A stretch of DNA of 64,000 bases, taken from Octopus vulgaris (taxonomy: Eukaryota). The translations under genes and the position numbers were made by a program. Positions within the stretch are counted from its first letter, which is position 1. Each line of letters opens with the position of its first letter. The stretch is taken from contig OX597833.1 in the NCBI GenBank assembly GCA_951406725.2, positions 17,856,001-17,920,000 on the forward strand. The letters run 5' to 3'. Below are positions 48,338-61,520 of this stretch, piece by piece. The notes under the pieces were generated by a model that worked only from the letters and a program-made list of their open reading frames with translations, ran no database searches and was not told the origin of the DNA.

Positions 48338-48718
48338 GTTGTATCACTATCCTATAATTATAATTTTAACCTGATGGTGCTCTGTTTGTCTGGGAAGCAA
48401 TGCTACTGCATTGCACTATTTAATACATACACACTCACACACACATATATATATATACACACACAGCATTTAGAGAGTTATAGCCATAGCAAAAATGGAA
48501 AAAAATTATGGTAAATTTTTTTGAGATATATATATATCGAATTTATGTATGTATGTTTTGAATTATATATATATATATATATACGAGAAAACAGACACAC
48601 AGAAACACGCACAGACAAACTGCCGTTTATATATAGAGAGATATATGTATATATGTATGTATATATATATATTTATTTATATTTATATATTTATATATAT
48701 ATATATGCATATAGATAC

Positions 48719-48779
<61 letters not shown>

Positions 48780-49113
48780 TAGGCGGTGTACTGGTTGAAT
48801 CGTTACCACGCCGGTCTAATTCTTTGCGATATTTCGTCTGTCGCTACGTTCTGAGATCAAATTCCACCAAGGTCGATTTTGCCTTTCTTCCTTTCAGGAT
48901 CGATTAAATAAGTACCAGTTATGCACTGGAATCGATGTAATTGACTTATCCCCAGCCCGCAAATTTCAGGCCTTGTACCTATAATATAAAGGATCATTAT
49001 TATTTATTATTATTATTATTAAGGCGGCGGGCTGGCAGAATCGTTAGCACGCTGAAGAAAATGCTTAGCTGTATTTCGCCCATCGATACGTTCTGAGAAA
49101 GACAATAAAGAGG

Positions 49114-49148
49114 ATTTAACGTTTCGAGCGGAGCTCCTCATCAGAAAT
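49114..49148 (-). ncRNA. Minimal hammerhead ribozyme motif with intact core, in PLE-derived element 49100-49230
   Basis: AUUU-CUGAUGA-G-GAGC-UCC-GCUC-GAAACGUU-AAAU. Confidence 0.65.
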
Positions 49149-50009
49149 ATAGAAATAGTCCAAAGAAGGGAAGACGGAGAAAGAAAATAGCCAACGATAC
49201 ACACGCGGTCGCATATTGATATATATGTAGATACGTTGGTTTCAAATGCTAGCAGAAAGCCATCTATTTCGCGGAGAAGGGTAAACCGATTACTTCCAGT
49301 GCGCAACTGGTACTTATTTGAACTTAAACCGTAAAGATAAACGAAATGTCGCTAATCATTTTATGCGGTGTGCCAACGATTTTCGCCTGCCCATCTGCCA
49401 GCCTGCATGTATGTATGTATGTATGTATGTATGTATGTATGTATGTATGTATGTATGTATGTATGTATGTATGTATGTATGTATGTATGTATGTATGTGT
49501 GTATGTGTGTATGCGTGTATGTGTGTATATATGTATGTATGTATGTAAGTATGTATGTATAAATCTATGTATGTATTAGCAATTTTATAACACGTCGTAT
49601 TAGCACTTTATGTTAATTGCATCATTCTAACTCTCTATCAGTATGTGTGTATGTGTGTGTGTGTATGTGTGTCTACATATCTCTTTGTATGTATGTGCAC
49701 ATATGTCTACAGATATATACATATGTATGTATATATACGTAAATCTATTTGTGTCTGTACACACACACACATATATATATATATACATATATACCCATAC
49801 ATATTTGTGTGTGTTTATATGTGTGTATATATATATATGTGTGGACATACATATATAACGGGAAGGTTTACGAAAATAAACAAAAGACGAAGGCATGTGG
49901 AGTGCAAGCAAACAAATGTATGTACATATCTATACACATATATAAACATACATAAAAACAAACATGTTTTAGTGTGTATCTATACATACATGCACAAACG
50001 TACACATAC

Positions 50010-50051
<42 letters not shown>

Positions 50052-50455
50052 CTATACACATATATAAACATACATAAAACAGACATATATGTGTGCGCGT
50101 ATACATGTTTATACATATCCATCCAATTAGGGCACAGCGAAGATTTGTAAAGCCTTCTAAATATAAGTTATTATATATAAATATATATGTGTGATTGTGT
50201 GTGCCTGTGCTTGCGCGTGTATTTGTATGTATACATATATATATATATAGGCATGTATACTAACGCATGGCTATATTGACCGATATGCAGTCATTGTGCT
50301 TCTAAATCTCATTAGGTATCATTTCATAAATTCCGAAGGATTTCTGCCGATCGCTCAGTGTCATCGCAGAATGAAAAATATACGCGTGTACGTTACAGTA
50401 TTTATTTTAGACGATGGAATAATCGTGTGATATTATATTTCATTATGACAGTGCT

Positions 50456-50527
<72 letters not shown>

Positions 50528-50691
50528 TTGATAGGCCATTCGACCCACTAGAAAGAGCAGCTAAACTCAAACCGCTAAATAGTTGTAATTCAGAAATCAA
50601 AGGAAAATAAAAACATTTACCCTTATCATCTTTGGACTATGTATAGTTTCGACATACATATTGGCAAACCGATTTAATTAAATTAAATTAA

Positions 50692-50724
<33 letters not shown>

Positions 50725-50791
50725 AATAAATAAAATATATGCATACATACATACATATATGTACGTACCTACATCTACATGTATATATACA

Positions 50792-50845
<54 letters not shown>

Positions 50846-51060
50846 TACAGGACACCACAAATAGTCGTAGAACTCAACGAGAAATGAAAACATAAAAACA
50901 AACATGGAAACGGACTTTTTTTAACAACGAAAAAACAGAGTACAAGACAAACAATACAAGGAATATTCCCCTTCATCAGCTGTCCCTGGTTCGACTCCAT
51001 GCGTGTTTCGAATGTATATCTATCTATATATAGATAGATATAGGTAAAGATATATATATG

Positions 51061-51104
<44 letters not shown>

Positions 51105-51106
<2 letters not shown>

Positions 51107-51409
51107 GGCGTGTGACTTAGTGGTTAGGGCATTCAGCTCACGATAGTTAGGTCGTGATTTCAATTCCCCGCGATGCGTTGTGTCCTTGAGCAAGACACTT
51201 TATTTCACCCATTTGGTAAAACTGAGTAGTACCTGTATTTCGAAGGGCCAACCTTGTCACACTCTGTGTCATGCTGAATCTCCCTGAGAACTACGTTGTG
51301 TGTACACGTGTCTGTGGAATGCTCAGCCACTTGCACATTGATCTCACGAGTAAGCTGTTCGTCGATCGTATCAGATGGGACCATCGTCGTCGTCGTAAGC
51401 GACAGAGTG

Positions 51410-51499
<90 letters not shown>

Positions 51500-51618
51500 G
51501 TGTGTGTGTGTGTGTATGTATGTAAGTATGTATATATATATAGGCGCAGGAGTGGCTGTGTCCAAAGCCTTGTGAGTGGATTTGGTAGACGGAAACTGAA
51601 AGATGCCCGTCGTATGTA

Positions 51619-51670
<52 letters not shown>

Positions 51671-51872
51671 TGTGTGTTTGTGTTTATTCCCCCAACATTT
51701 CTTGACAACCGATGACGGTGTGTTTACGACCCCGTAACACTTAACGGTTCGGCAAAAGAGGCCGATAGAATAAGTACTAGGCTTACAAAGCATAAGTCCT
51801 GGGGTCGATTTGCTCGACTAAAGGCGGTGCTCCAGCATGGCCGCAGTCAAATGACTGAAACAAGTAAAAGAG
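51105..51872 (+). mobile_element. SINE D tail 2 (51105-51410) and SINE B (51542-51872)
   Basis: Family matches. Confidence 0.8.
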
Positions 51873-52167
51873 TAACCATATTACATCACGGTTTTGTTGG
51901 TTGCTTACATTCCAGATCCCTCCCCAAAATGATTCTATCTTACTCGAGGAGCTTTTACGACCTTAATGGTATGGCTTTGGGTTTAGTACAAACTTGCGAT
52001 TTAATGTTCTACGTACTAATAATTTCTTACGACAATGAAGTTTTTCCCTTCACACAGCCACTCATTAAGTACGGACTGAATACTATGTAAAACATCTCCT
52101 AAAACTGATAATTTCAACAATTAAACTCTCCTGGCGGTTATAACAAAACTACTGCACAGAAGCTCAC

Positions 52168-52227
52168 CTGAGAGAGACCTGGTAGTCGGTTACTGGCACA
52201 GAATGCTCACAAGCAGCCCTCGTTAAC
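52168..52227 (-). other. Candidate 60-nt exon
   Basis: ctcttttgaacAG|GTTAACG...TCTCTCAG|GTGAGC on the minus strand, in sequence I could not assign to a repeat. Confidence 0.22.
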
Positions 52228-52424
52228 CTGTTCAAAAGAGTAATGAACACTGAACTTGATGTACCAGACAGCTGCACGTCGAACTCTGGTAACTTAAATA
52301 CCAGGACACGTATGAGGCCCAAAATAACTAAACACTTGATGCACAAAAGAGATTGGTTTACCACTTAGATGCGAGAACCTGTGCAGACTTTATGGAATTA
52401 ACATCCCCTTATCATAAGCAACTG

Positions 52425-52946
52425 TGGAGGCGCGTGGCTTAGTGGTTAGGGTGTTAGCACCATGATCGTAAGATTGTGCTTTCGATTCCTGGACCGGGCG
52501 ACGCGTTGTGTTCTTGAGAAAGACACTTTATTTCATGTTGCTCCAGTCCACTCAGCTGGCAAAAATGAGTAACGCTGCGATGGACAGGCGTCTTGTCCAG
52601 CTGGAGAACACAGACGCCATAGAAACCGGGAAACCGGTCCCATGAGCCTGGCTAGGCTTTAAAAGGGCGCATTTATTTATTTGTGGAATCGCGTGGCTTA
52701 GTGGTTAGGGTATCAGCATCATGATCGTAAGATTGTGGTTTCGATTCCTGGACCGGGCGACGCATTGTGTTCTTGAGAAAAACACTTCATTTCATGTTGC
52801 TCTAGTCCACTCAGCTGGCAAAAATTAGTAACGCTGCGATGGACAGGCGTCCCGCCCAACTGGGGAATACATACGCCATAGAAACCGGAAAACCGGGCCC
52901 ATGAGCCTGGCTAGGCTTTAAAAAAGGGCGCATTTTTTCTTTATTT
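52425..52946 (+). mobile_element. SINE D tail 1 full-length dimer in one 16-bp TSD
   Basis: ttatcataagcaactg at 52409-52424 and 52947-52962. Confidence 0.92.
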
Positions 52947-53276
52947 TTATCATAAGCAACTGCCTGAAAATTTGTCATTCCGGTACTATCAACCTACAAA
53001 GAATGATGTGACTGAAGCATCTATTAGGAAATCCGAGAAAAGGATAAAACTGAGGATAAAAATACAAGAGATTAGAAACGTGGAGGTTATTATAATCACT
53101 CGTATGAAAGAGTGCTAGAAGAGTATTCCTTGTGAAGAACTCAATAACACGCGAGCATTTCAAAACAACCGTAATAGTTTTTGATGGAGAATAAGCAATT
53201 GTGTTCAGTCGAGGAAATCAATTACCCAGCAGGTGATGTTGAGAAGCTAGTTTTCACAAAAGTAGTAGTAGTAGTA

Positions 53277-53307
<31 letters not shown>

Positions 53308-53699
53308 TGTTGTTGTTGTTGTTGTTGTTTGGCAGAAAGCGCATTAACCGTGCGTCGCTACAGTCTCCATTCGTTGGTGATTTCCCTACTTCTTTTGAGT
53401 CGACCAAAAAGCATTGCAAGTGAATTTGTTAGATGGAGACATTGTGCAAACTCGTTATTGTCGTCGCCCCCTCCACTCTCTCCCTCTCTATTTATCTATC
53501 TACGTATCGATCTATATATGTGTATGTATGTATGTATGTATGTATGTATGTATGTATGTATGTATGTGTGTGTGTATGTATGTGTATGTTTTCCCTGCTT
53601 TCACAGCTTTACAAGCGATGTTCAGTAGCTTAGAAAATCGGCAAAAGAAACAGAAAGAATAGGTCGCAGACAAAAGAAAAAAAAGAGTATAGGCTTAGA

Positions 53700-53983
53700 T
53701 TTTATTTACATTATTTACATTCGACGGATATTTGTCCTCATCTTGTTTGTTGTTAGCACGTTTCGACTGATATACCCACCAGCCTTCTTCAAGTGTCTTG
53801 GGGAAATTTCGAACCTGGGTTCTTATTCCTAAGGTATTTTTCGATATTATTATTATTATTATTGTTATTATTATTATTGTTGTTGTTGTTGTTGTTTGGA
53901 ATCGAACTCGGAATCTTGGGATTAGTAGTCCGCGCTCTTAACCACTACGCCATATGCCCGTGGGCATATGGCGTAGTGGTTAA
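53700..53983 (-). mobile_element. SINE E with 22-bp inverted duplication of its head
   Basis: Homologous to 27441-27745; palindrome arms at 53938-53959 and 53962-53983. Confidence 0.8.
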
Positions 53984-54162
53984 ATATAGAACGGGTTAAA
54001 TTTGTTTGACTAAAATCCTTCAAGGCCCCAGCATGGCCACATTTCAATGACCAAAACAGGTAAAAGCTAAAACATTAAAACGAACCTACCAGGGTTGTCG
54101 TCTAGATAGATTAGGTACACATTACCTACCTTGACTAAAACTATAGACCTTAATTTTTAATA

Positions 54163-54539
54163 AAAAGGCGGCGAGCTGGCACAAACGAAATGCATTTCGT
54201 CTGTCTTTACGTTCTGAGTTCAAAATCCGCCGTGGTCGACTTTGCCTTTCATCTTTTCGATATAATCGACTTAATCCGTTTGTCTGTCTTTGTTTGTCCC
54301 CTCTGTGTTTAGCCCCTTGTGGGTAGTAAAGAAATAGATATTTCGTCTGTCTTTACGTTCTGAGTTCAAAAAGTACCAGTTGCGTACTGGGGTCGATCTA
54401 ATCGAGTGGCTCCCTCCCTCCCAAAAAGCCTTATGAGTGGATTTGGTAGACAGAAACTAAAAGAAGTCAGTCGTATATATGTATGTGTTTGTGTGTGTGT
54501 AAGTGCGTGCGTGCGTGTGTGTGTATGTGTGTGTGTTTG

Positions 54540-54582
<43 letters not shown>

Positions 54583-54800
54583 TTGTGTCTGTCCCTCACA
54601 ACCGATTCTCAACCGGTTTTTGTGTGTTTACGTCCCCGTAACTTAGCGGTTCGGCAAAAGAGACCGACAGAATAAGTACAACTCTTAAAAAAAACACATA
54701 ATAAATAAAATACTGGGATCAATTCATTCGACTAAAAAATTAAAGGCAGTGCCTCAGCCTAGCCGCAGTTTAATGACTGGAACAAATAAAAGAGATTAAA
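54163..54800 (+). mobile_element. SINE A dimer (internally deleted) followed by 5'-truncated SINE B
   Basis: Junction gaaatag|atatttcgtc at ~54337. Confidence 0.75.
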
Positions 54801-55606
54801 AGATTTATGCTTCGGTTGAAGTTAAGCCGGCTTAGAGTTTTCTGCTGACATCAATGAAACAAGTACCAGATTTGCGTTAGGCTTGTTCAATCCATCATAT
54901 CTGACAATTCGAATTTATAAACATGCGCCTATGGTTTTCATAGTTACAAGGTCATAAATTTGAAAGCATGGTACATGTTTGTATATTTTAAACTTATGCT
55001 CTTTGTCAAGGAAGAAAAATATCTTTTATCCACACGAAATGTATAAAGAGATGCTTCTCCCAATAAACGTAGCTTTGCAGCTGTAAAGCTTTCTGGTTTT
55101 CTCGCTTCATACTGTTTAACAATGTCAAAACAAGTTAGAATGTGGACGGTGGTATTTTTTTTTGTTGCAGAAAGTAAGAGAAAGAACTCGACTAAGTTGT
55201 TCTCCAATGTCACGGATGAATCATCTTCAAAAGCAAAGTAGAAACATCTGCAATAACTCTCTCGTAGGTTATGTAGAAAGACAGAGATGCAGACAATCTC
55301 AGCAATTCAAAACATCAACATCTTGAATACGAGAGAAAAAAAAAAGAATTAAAAAAAAATAAATAACTAAATTAAAACAGAAAAAAAAGGAAAGAGAGAA
55401 AGAAGAAGAAAATAACAGTCATGATGGAAAAAAAGACGATGCATGGGTGTGTGTGTGTGGTTAAGACGCTCGCTTTACAACCACGTGGTTCCAGGTTCAA
55501 TCCCACTGCGTGGCACTGTAGGCATGTGTCTTCTACTACATCCCCAGGCCGACCAATGCCTTGTGAGTAAATTTGGCAGACGGAAACTTTTAGAGGAAGC
55601 CTGTAA

Positions 55607-55680
<74 letters not shown>

Positions 55681-55710
55681 CACACACACACATATATATA
55701 TATATATCAA

Positions 55711-56100
55711 TCTATGTATATAAAGCTGAAGTTGTCTGTGTATGGCAGGTTTAGTAGCCTTCAACTAACACTATCTCCTCCGAGACCCTGCGGCGCAAGT
55801 TGACCAAAATCGAGAGTATGATAGAAGAAGGCTTTCTCTTCCTTCCGTAGAAGATAAAATTCAAATCGGACCATGTTAAAACCAAAAATTATTTACATCA
55901 AAAAGGTGCTTTTTTTTCTATGAAAATCACTATTTTTTACGATTTTTTGACTGCTGTCTCGCCATTTTTCGGTGTATTTCAACCAGAAAAACGTTCACTT
56001 AAAGAGAATAACAAGCTACATAATGCAAAATTTTTACTTTTCAAAAATTCCAATTCTAAAGGGTCGAAACAAACCCGAGCAACGCCGGGCGATACTGCTA

Positions 56101-56101
<1 letters not shown>
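55711..56101 (+). mobile_element. Non-autonomous Helitron
   Basis: A|TC start, 3' hairpin cccgagcaacgccggg (56074-56089), terminal CTAG|T. Confidence 0.8.
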
Positions 56102-56170
<69 letters not shown>

Positions 56171-56569
56171 GTCTGTCTGTCTGTCTATCTGTCTGTCTAT
56201 CTATCTATCTATAATCTTGTATACAATGCCTCTTCTTCTATTAAGTGAGCCTTTCTTCACCCCTTTTTTAACCCACCTTCTTCTGTTCCCTATTCTACTT
56301 GCACTTTTCCATCTTCTCCTCCTTCCCCCATGCAACAACCATTCCTTCAGTGTTCTGCTTGTTCTCACCAGAAATGGCTCTGATGAATGAAGCATTAATT
56401 TTCTTAGGACGTTCAATTTTCCTCAATTGATCAATAGATCAATTGAGTAAACCTAAATGTACCTATAAGGAATACTGGAAACAGCTGTAAGCCAAATTTG
56501 TTCCAATAAAAGAATAACATGTAATGACCATTATTTTTAACTTGTTTTTTTTTATATATCTATCTTGTA

Positions 56570-57508
56570 TAGCGCAGGAGTGGCTGTGTGGTTAGAAGCT
56601 TCCTTCCCAACCACATGGTGCTGGGTTCAGAACCCAGTGCGTGGCACCTTGGGCAAGCAACTTCTGTTATAGCTTCGGGCTGACCAAAAATCAAAACAAG
56701 AACGCAACAGACGACAATAAAATCCGGACAGATAGACGATACGAAGACGGACAGGAAAAAACAAAGACAGGTCATTTGCAGCCTCCTCTCATCAGTCAAG
56801 TCACCAAATTATCCTTACAGTTTCGGCATATATATATGTATGCATGTATGTATGTGTCTATATTTGTACCCCCCCCCTCGCTTGACAACTGATGCTGGTG
56901 TGTTTACATACCCGTAACTTAGCGGTTCGGCAAATAAGACTGATAGAATAAGTACTAGGCTCACAAAGAATAAGTCCTGCGGTCGATTTGTTCAACTAAA
57001 GACGGTGCTCCGGCATGGCCGCAGTCAAATGACTGAAACAAGTAAAAGAATAAAATATATCCTAAATGATAAATTTTACTCTCAGTTCACCTGAAGACAT
57101 TCAGCGTGACTCAGAGTGTGAGAAGGCTGGCCCCTTGAAATACAGCTACAACAGAAACAGGAAGAAAGAATGAGAAAAAGTTGTGGTGAAAGAGTACAGT
57201 AGGGTTCGGCACCACCCCTTACCGGAGCCTCGTGGAGCTTTAAGAGTTTTCGCTCAATAAACACACACGACACCCGCTCTGGAATCGAAACTGCGATCCT
57301 GCTGTCCTAAACACTGGGCCATTGTGCCTCTCTCTTTCTCTATACATATATATATTAGATTGTACGCAACTGGCACTTAATTTATCGACCTCCTGAAAGG
57401 ATGAAAAGCAAAGTCGACCTCGGCGGAATTTGAACTCAGAACGTTATGACAGACGAAATACTGCTAAGCATTTCTCCCGACATGCTAACATTTCTGCCAG
57501 CTAACCGC
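56570..57508. mobile_element. SINE B split by an insert (56570-57050), SINE C tail 2 (minus, 57085-57330), SINE A (minus, 57360-57508)
   Basis: Family matches; the insert 56690-56835 resembles 42365-42490. Confidence 0.75.
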
Positions 57509-57966
57509 CACAATTCTTAATAATATTTAATTATCAAAATACGGTCGGATTTTTTTAAGCACACATCAAATGGCTATGCAGGTCCAGGAAAAATTAAATA
57601 GGGATCAAAAGGATACATATATATAAAATGACTGAGAATCACTAGTCTATTACAAAGCCCAATGAAATTACTTTGAATAAACTGTGTAATATAAAAACTT
57701 TAATGTAAGCATAAGTGTTTTAAGATCGAACTGTTACATCAGAGAGTTGTCTCTTGACAAAACATTTACAAGAAAAGTTATCCCAGTTCATGACGACAAT
57801 GCGGTACATGGAAAGATAATGAGACGAAAAACATTTGATTAATTATATCATTAGAGCTATTTAGCTCTTATTTCTAGCAATGTAGGTGTTCTAACACTCT
57901 AGTCACATTTGGTGACAGTTATAGTTTTCTTTTATGGCAAAACATTGCACACTGCTGTCTATATTA

Positions 57967-58049
<83 letters not shown>

Positions 58050-58250
58050 TAATCCAAACATGAAAACACCAAGAGAAAACACAACAACGCGAGGACGTGG
58101 AACAAGTATAGTATTATTGGACGCTCAGGAAGGAAGGGAAGAAGGAGGGTTTTACGTTTCGAGCGGAGCACTTCATCAGAAACATAGGAAAAGGAAAGAT
58201 CCAGAGAAGGGAAGACGGAGGAAAAAAATCGCCAACGGTACACACGCGAT
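58050..58250 (-). mobile_element. PLE-derived element with minimal hammerhead motif (58149-58183)
   Basis: GUUU-CUGAUGA-A-GUGC-UCC-GCUC-GAAACGUA-AAAC; homologous to 6085-6300. Confidence 0.65.
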
Positions 58251-58252
58251 GA

Positions 58253-58448
58253 AGAACCACCTTTTATCAATTCAGCAATGAAATAATAATGATATAATTA
58301 AATTATACCAAATAGAAAAAAATTAAATATACGATAAAATATATACCAATAATTAAGTAAAGTACAAAATAATAAATAAAAAAGTACATATGGTATAATT
58401 TAATTATATCATTATTATTTCATTGTTGAATTGACAAGAGGTGGTTCT
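58253..58448. repeat. Foldback element, 58-bp arms, 80-bp AT-rich spacer
   Basis: Arms 58253-58310 and 58391-58448, three mismatches. Confidence 0.9.
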
Positions 58449-58537
58449 CTAATTTATATACATATATTATGTATTGTGAAATTTGATTTTGTATTACTAA
58501 ATTGAATTTTTCCCTGTAAGTTTGAAATAATATTCCC

Positions 58538-58581
<44 letters not shown>

Positions 58582-58599
58582 TGGGCTCTCCCATCGAAG

Positions 58600-58868
58600 A
58601 TGACATATGAGTATTCAGCTTTTGCTGAACGATTAGCACAGATGATTGGTTTATAGAGATGAAATGTACATTAGGTCACTGCCCTCCATCAAATCGATGT
58701 TGCCTGAACAGGTGTACTGCGTACCAGGTGTCAGGTGTCGAAGGGATCTCAGAGCAACGTGAGACGAAGTGTTTTGCTCAAGAACACAACGCATCACCCG
58801 GACTAGGAATTGAAGCCACTATCTCGCGATCGTGAGTGAAACATCCTAACCACTAGGCTATGTGTCCT
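58600..58868 (-). mobile_element. SINE D head with a fourth tail type
   Basis: gagcaacgtgag...gtgttttgctcaagaacacaacgc core joined to a 3' region not seen in other D copies. Confidence 0.6.
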
Positions 58869-58870
58869 AC

Positions 58871-58957
<87 letters not shown>

Positions 58958-59037
58958 TGCATGTATATATATATATGGTGCTATTAAGTTAGACATGGCC
59001 TGGGCCAATAATGCCCGAAACCTATCAAAGTATCAAA

Positions 59038-59082
<45 letters not shown>

Positions 59083-59240
59083 TATATTGGCCAGCTCGCT
59101 TAGCCAGCGGGGTGGCGTCACTTGAAGGCTAAAACAAGGCGAAGCGCATTGTGACCAGCGATGTGTAACAACATCTGATGGTCTGGTCGGTCACGTGATC
59201 ACGTGATATATATATATGTATATATATATGTATATATATA

Positions 59241-59281
<41 letters not shown>

Positions 59282-59307
59282 CTATATACATATATATACA
59301 TATATAC

Positions 59308-59370
<63 letters not shown>

Positions 59371-60239
59371 TATATATATACGCGCATACATGCACGTATA
59401 TCAACGAACCAGAAGCTCATATATACCCTTATTTACATACAAACCACTATAAAGATATATACAGAGAATGTGTACAAGTGTACGAGACAGTGAAAGAATA
59501 GAGAGTGGCATCCATGATATTCGCTAAGTATAGAAAGAAGTAAAAATAACCCAAATCTTTAACTGGTGTGGCTTTTACTAAGTTCCTATCATTTTGGTCT
59601 ACGAGCACCAGACAACATTTAAGATACCCAGGTGCCAGTTTGGAATGTTTCTAGTCTGTTGCCAAAAGAGAAGAAATAGATTTGGCATGACTCCATAAAG
59701 CTTGACCATCCAAAACAGGTGATTTTCCTTATTCACAACCACTCACCCTATCTGAACGGTTGAAAATCGTGGCATACCTGTCCACAATCGCTCCCGAATT
59801 GTGCCGCTGAAAAACTGCGGCATTATGATATAAAACTAGAGCCGAATAATACATGCCCGAAATGGCCTGTTAAAGATTTAATTGTGGCTTTGTTACCACG
59901 TTGCGTTTTTGCTACTAGACCTGCCGAACGGTTTTCGACAGGTGTATAGGCCCGGGCGTTTTTGGGTCGGCTGTACGAGCCTGTGTAGGCTCAACAGCAT
60001 GATGCATGAGTGCATGTGTGTGTGTGTGTGTGAACTCAGAGGCTGCCACGGGTAATACGCGCTAGATACCCTGCCGGCTTTCGCGCACTCGTGTCTACAA
60101 AGCAGTCACAACATAACTCGGGTACCATACCGAAAAAATAATCAAAGGCTATTTTTACCTATCAGTTGCAATCCCTCCTTCCCTCCCTCCCTCCATCCAT
60201 CCATCATTTCTGCTTACTCTTCCTGAGAGGGTCACGAGT

Positions 60240-60460
60240 GTAGAGCCCTCATGCACCTCCTTCATAGGGTCCTATCAGAAGCAAACCTCATTATTCTTTC
60301 CAAATGAATTTTCAAGTGCGATCAAATGAGACTATGGATATTACCCAACCATTTCATTCTCGATCTACCCCTAGATCTCCTGCCGGGTGCCATAAAGAAT
60401 CTGCCTTGCCATTCTTTCTTGCGCCTCCGTAATAGCAGAGTCGTGACCTCCCAATGCAAA
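60240..60460 (-). pseudogene. RTE-clade LINE C-terminal remnant
   Basis: ARQILYGT / PGRRSRGRSRMKWLGNI across a frameshift. Confidence 0.6.
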
Positions 60461-60494
60461 GTAGCATTACTTATAATTATGCTAACTCTACCTC

Positions 60495-60687
60495 TTTCTC
60501 TCTTTTACTTGTTTCAGTCATTTGACTGCGGCCATGCTGGAGCACCGCCTTTAGTCGAGCAACTCAACCACGGGACTTATTCTTTGTAAGCCCAGTACTT
60601 ATTCTATCGGTCTCTTTTTGCCGAACCGCTAATTGACGGGGACATAAACACACCAGCATTGGTTGTCAAGCAATGCTAGGGGGACAA

Positions 60688-60718
<31 letters not shown>

Positions 60719-61306
60719 CATATACATATATACGACAGGCTTCTTTCAGCTTCCGTCTACCAAATCCACTCACAAGGCATTGGTCGGCCCGGGGCTATAG
60801 CAGAAGACACTTGCCCAAGATGCCACGCAGTGGGACTGAACCCGGAACCATGTGGTTGGTTAGCAAGCTACTTACCACACAGCCACTCCTCTCTTTCTTC
60901 TTGCGCCATCTTTACTATTTTCTGGAGGTGCAATGGCCCAGTGGTTAGGGCAGTGGACTCGCGGTCATAGGATCACGGTTTCGATTCCCAGACCGGGCGT
61001 TGTGAGTGTTTATTGAGCGAAAACACCTAAAAGCTCCACGAGGCTCCGGCAGAGGATGGTGGTGATCCCTGCTGTACTCTTTCACCACAACTTTCTCTCA
61101 CTCTTACTTCCTGTTTCTGTTGTACCTGTATTTCAAGGGGCCGGCCTTGTCACTCTCTGTGTCACGCTGAATATCCCCGAGAACTACGTTAAGGGTGCAC
61201 GTGTCTGTGGAGTGCTCAGCCACTTACATGTTAATTTCACGAGTAGGCTGTTCCGTTGATTCGGATCAACCGGAACCCTCGTCATCGTAACCGACGGAGT
61301 GCTTCC
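60495..61306. mobile_element. SINE B (minus, 60495-60890) and SINE C tail 2 (plus, 60924-61306, TSD actattttct)
   Basis: TSD at 60914-60923 and 61307-61316. Confidence 0.88.
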
Positions 61307-61410
61307 ACTATTTTCTATCGACTTTATTCTGATGGTTCACAGCAAAGAGACTTATCGCTTGCCACCCGTCAACATTTCTTGGTTGACTTGCGCGGATCAC
61401 AAACATAATG

Positions 61411-61520
61411 AACCGTGTAATCCACTGGTTTGTAATCCACGGTTTTCAAGCTGTTTTCAACCGTGTAATCCACAGTTTTCAAGCTGATTTCAACCGTGTA
61501 ATCCACATTTTTGAAGCTGA
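61411..61520. repeat. ~33-bp minisatellite, ~3 copies
   Basis: Units like aaccgtgtaatccacagttttcaagctgatttc. Confidence 0.8.

Noticed and set aside
61411-61520. 33-bp repeats (and 17-bp repeats at 25081-25134) resembling a CRISPR array
   Set aside because: Contiguous units without unique spacers in a eukaryotic context; plain minisatellites.
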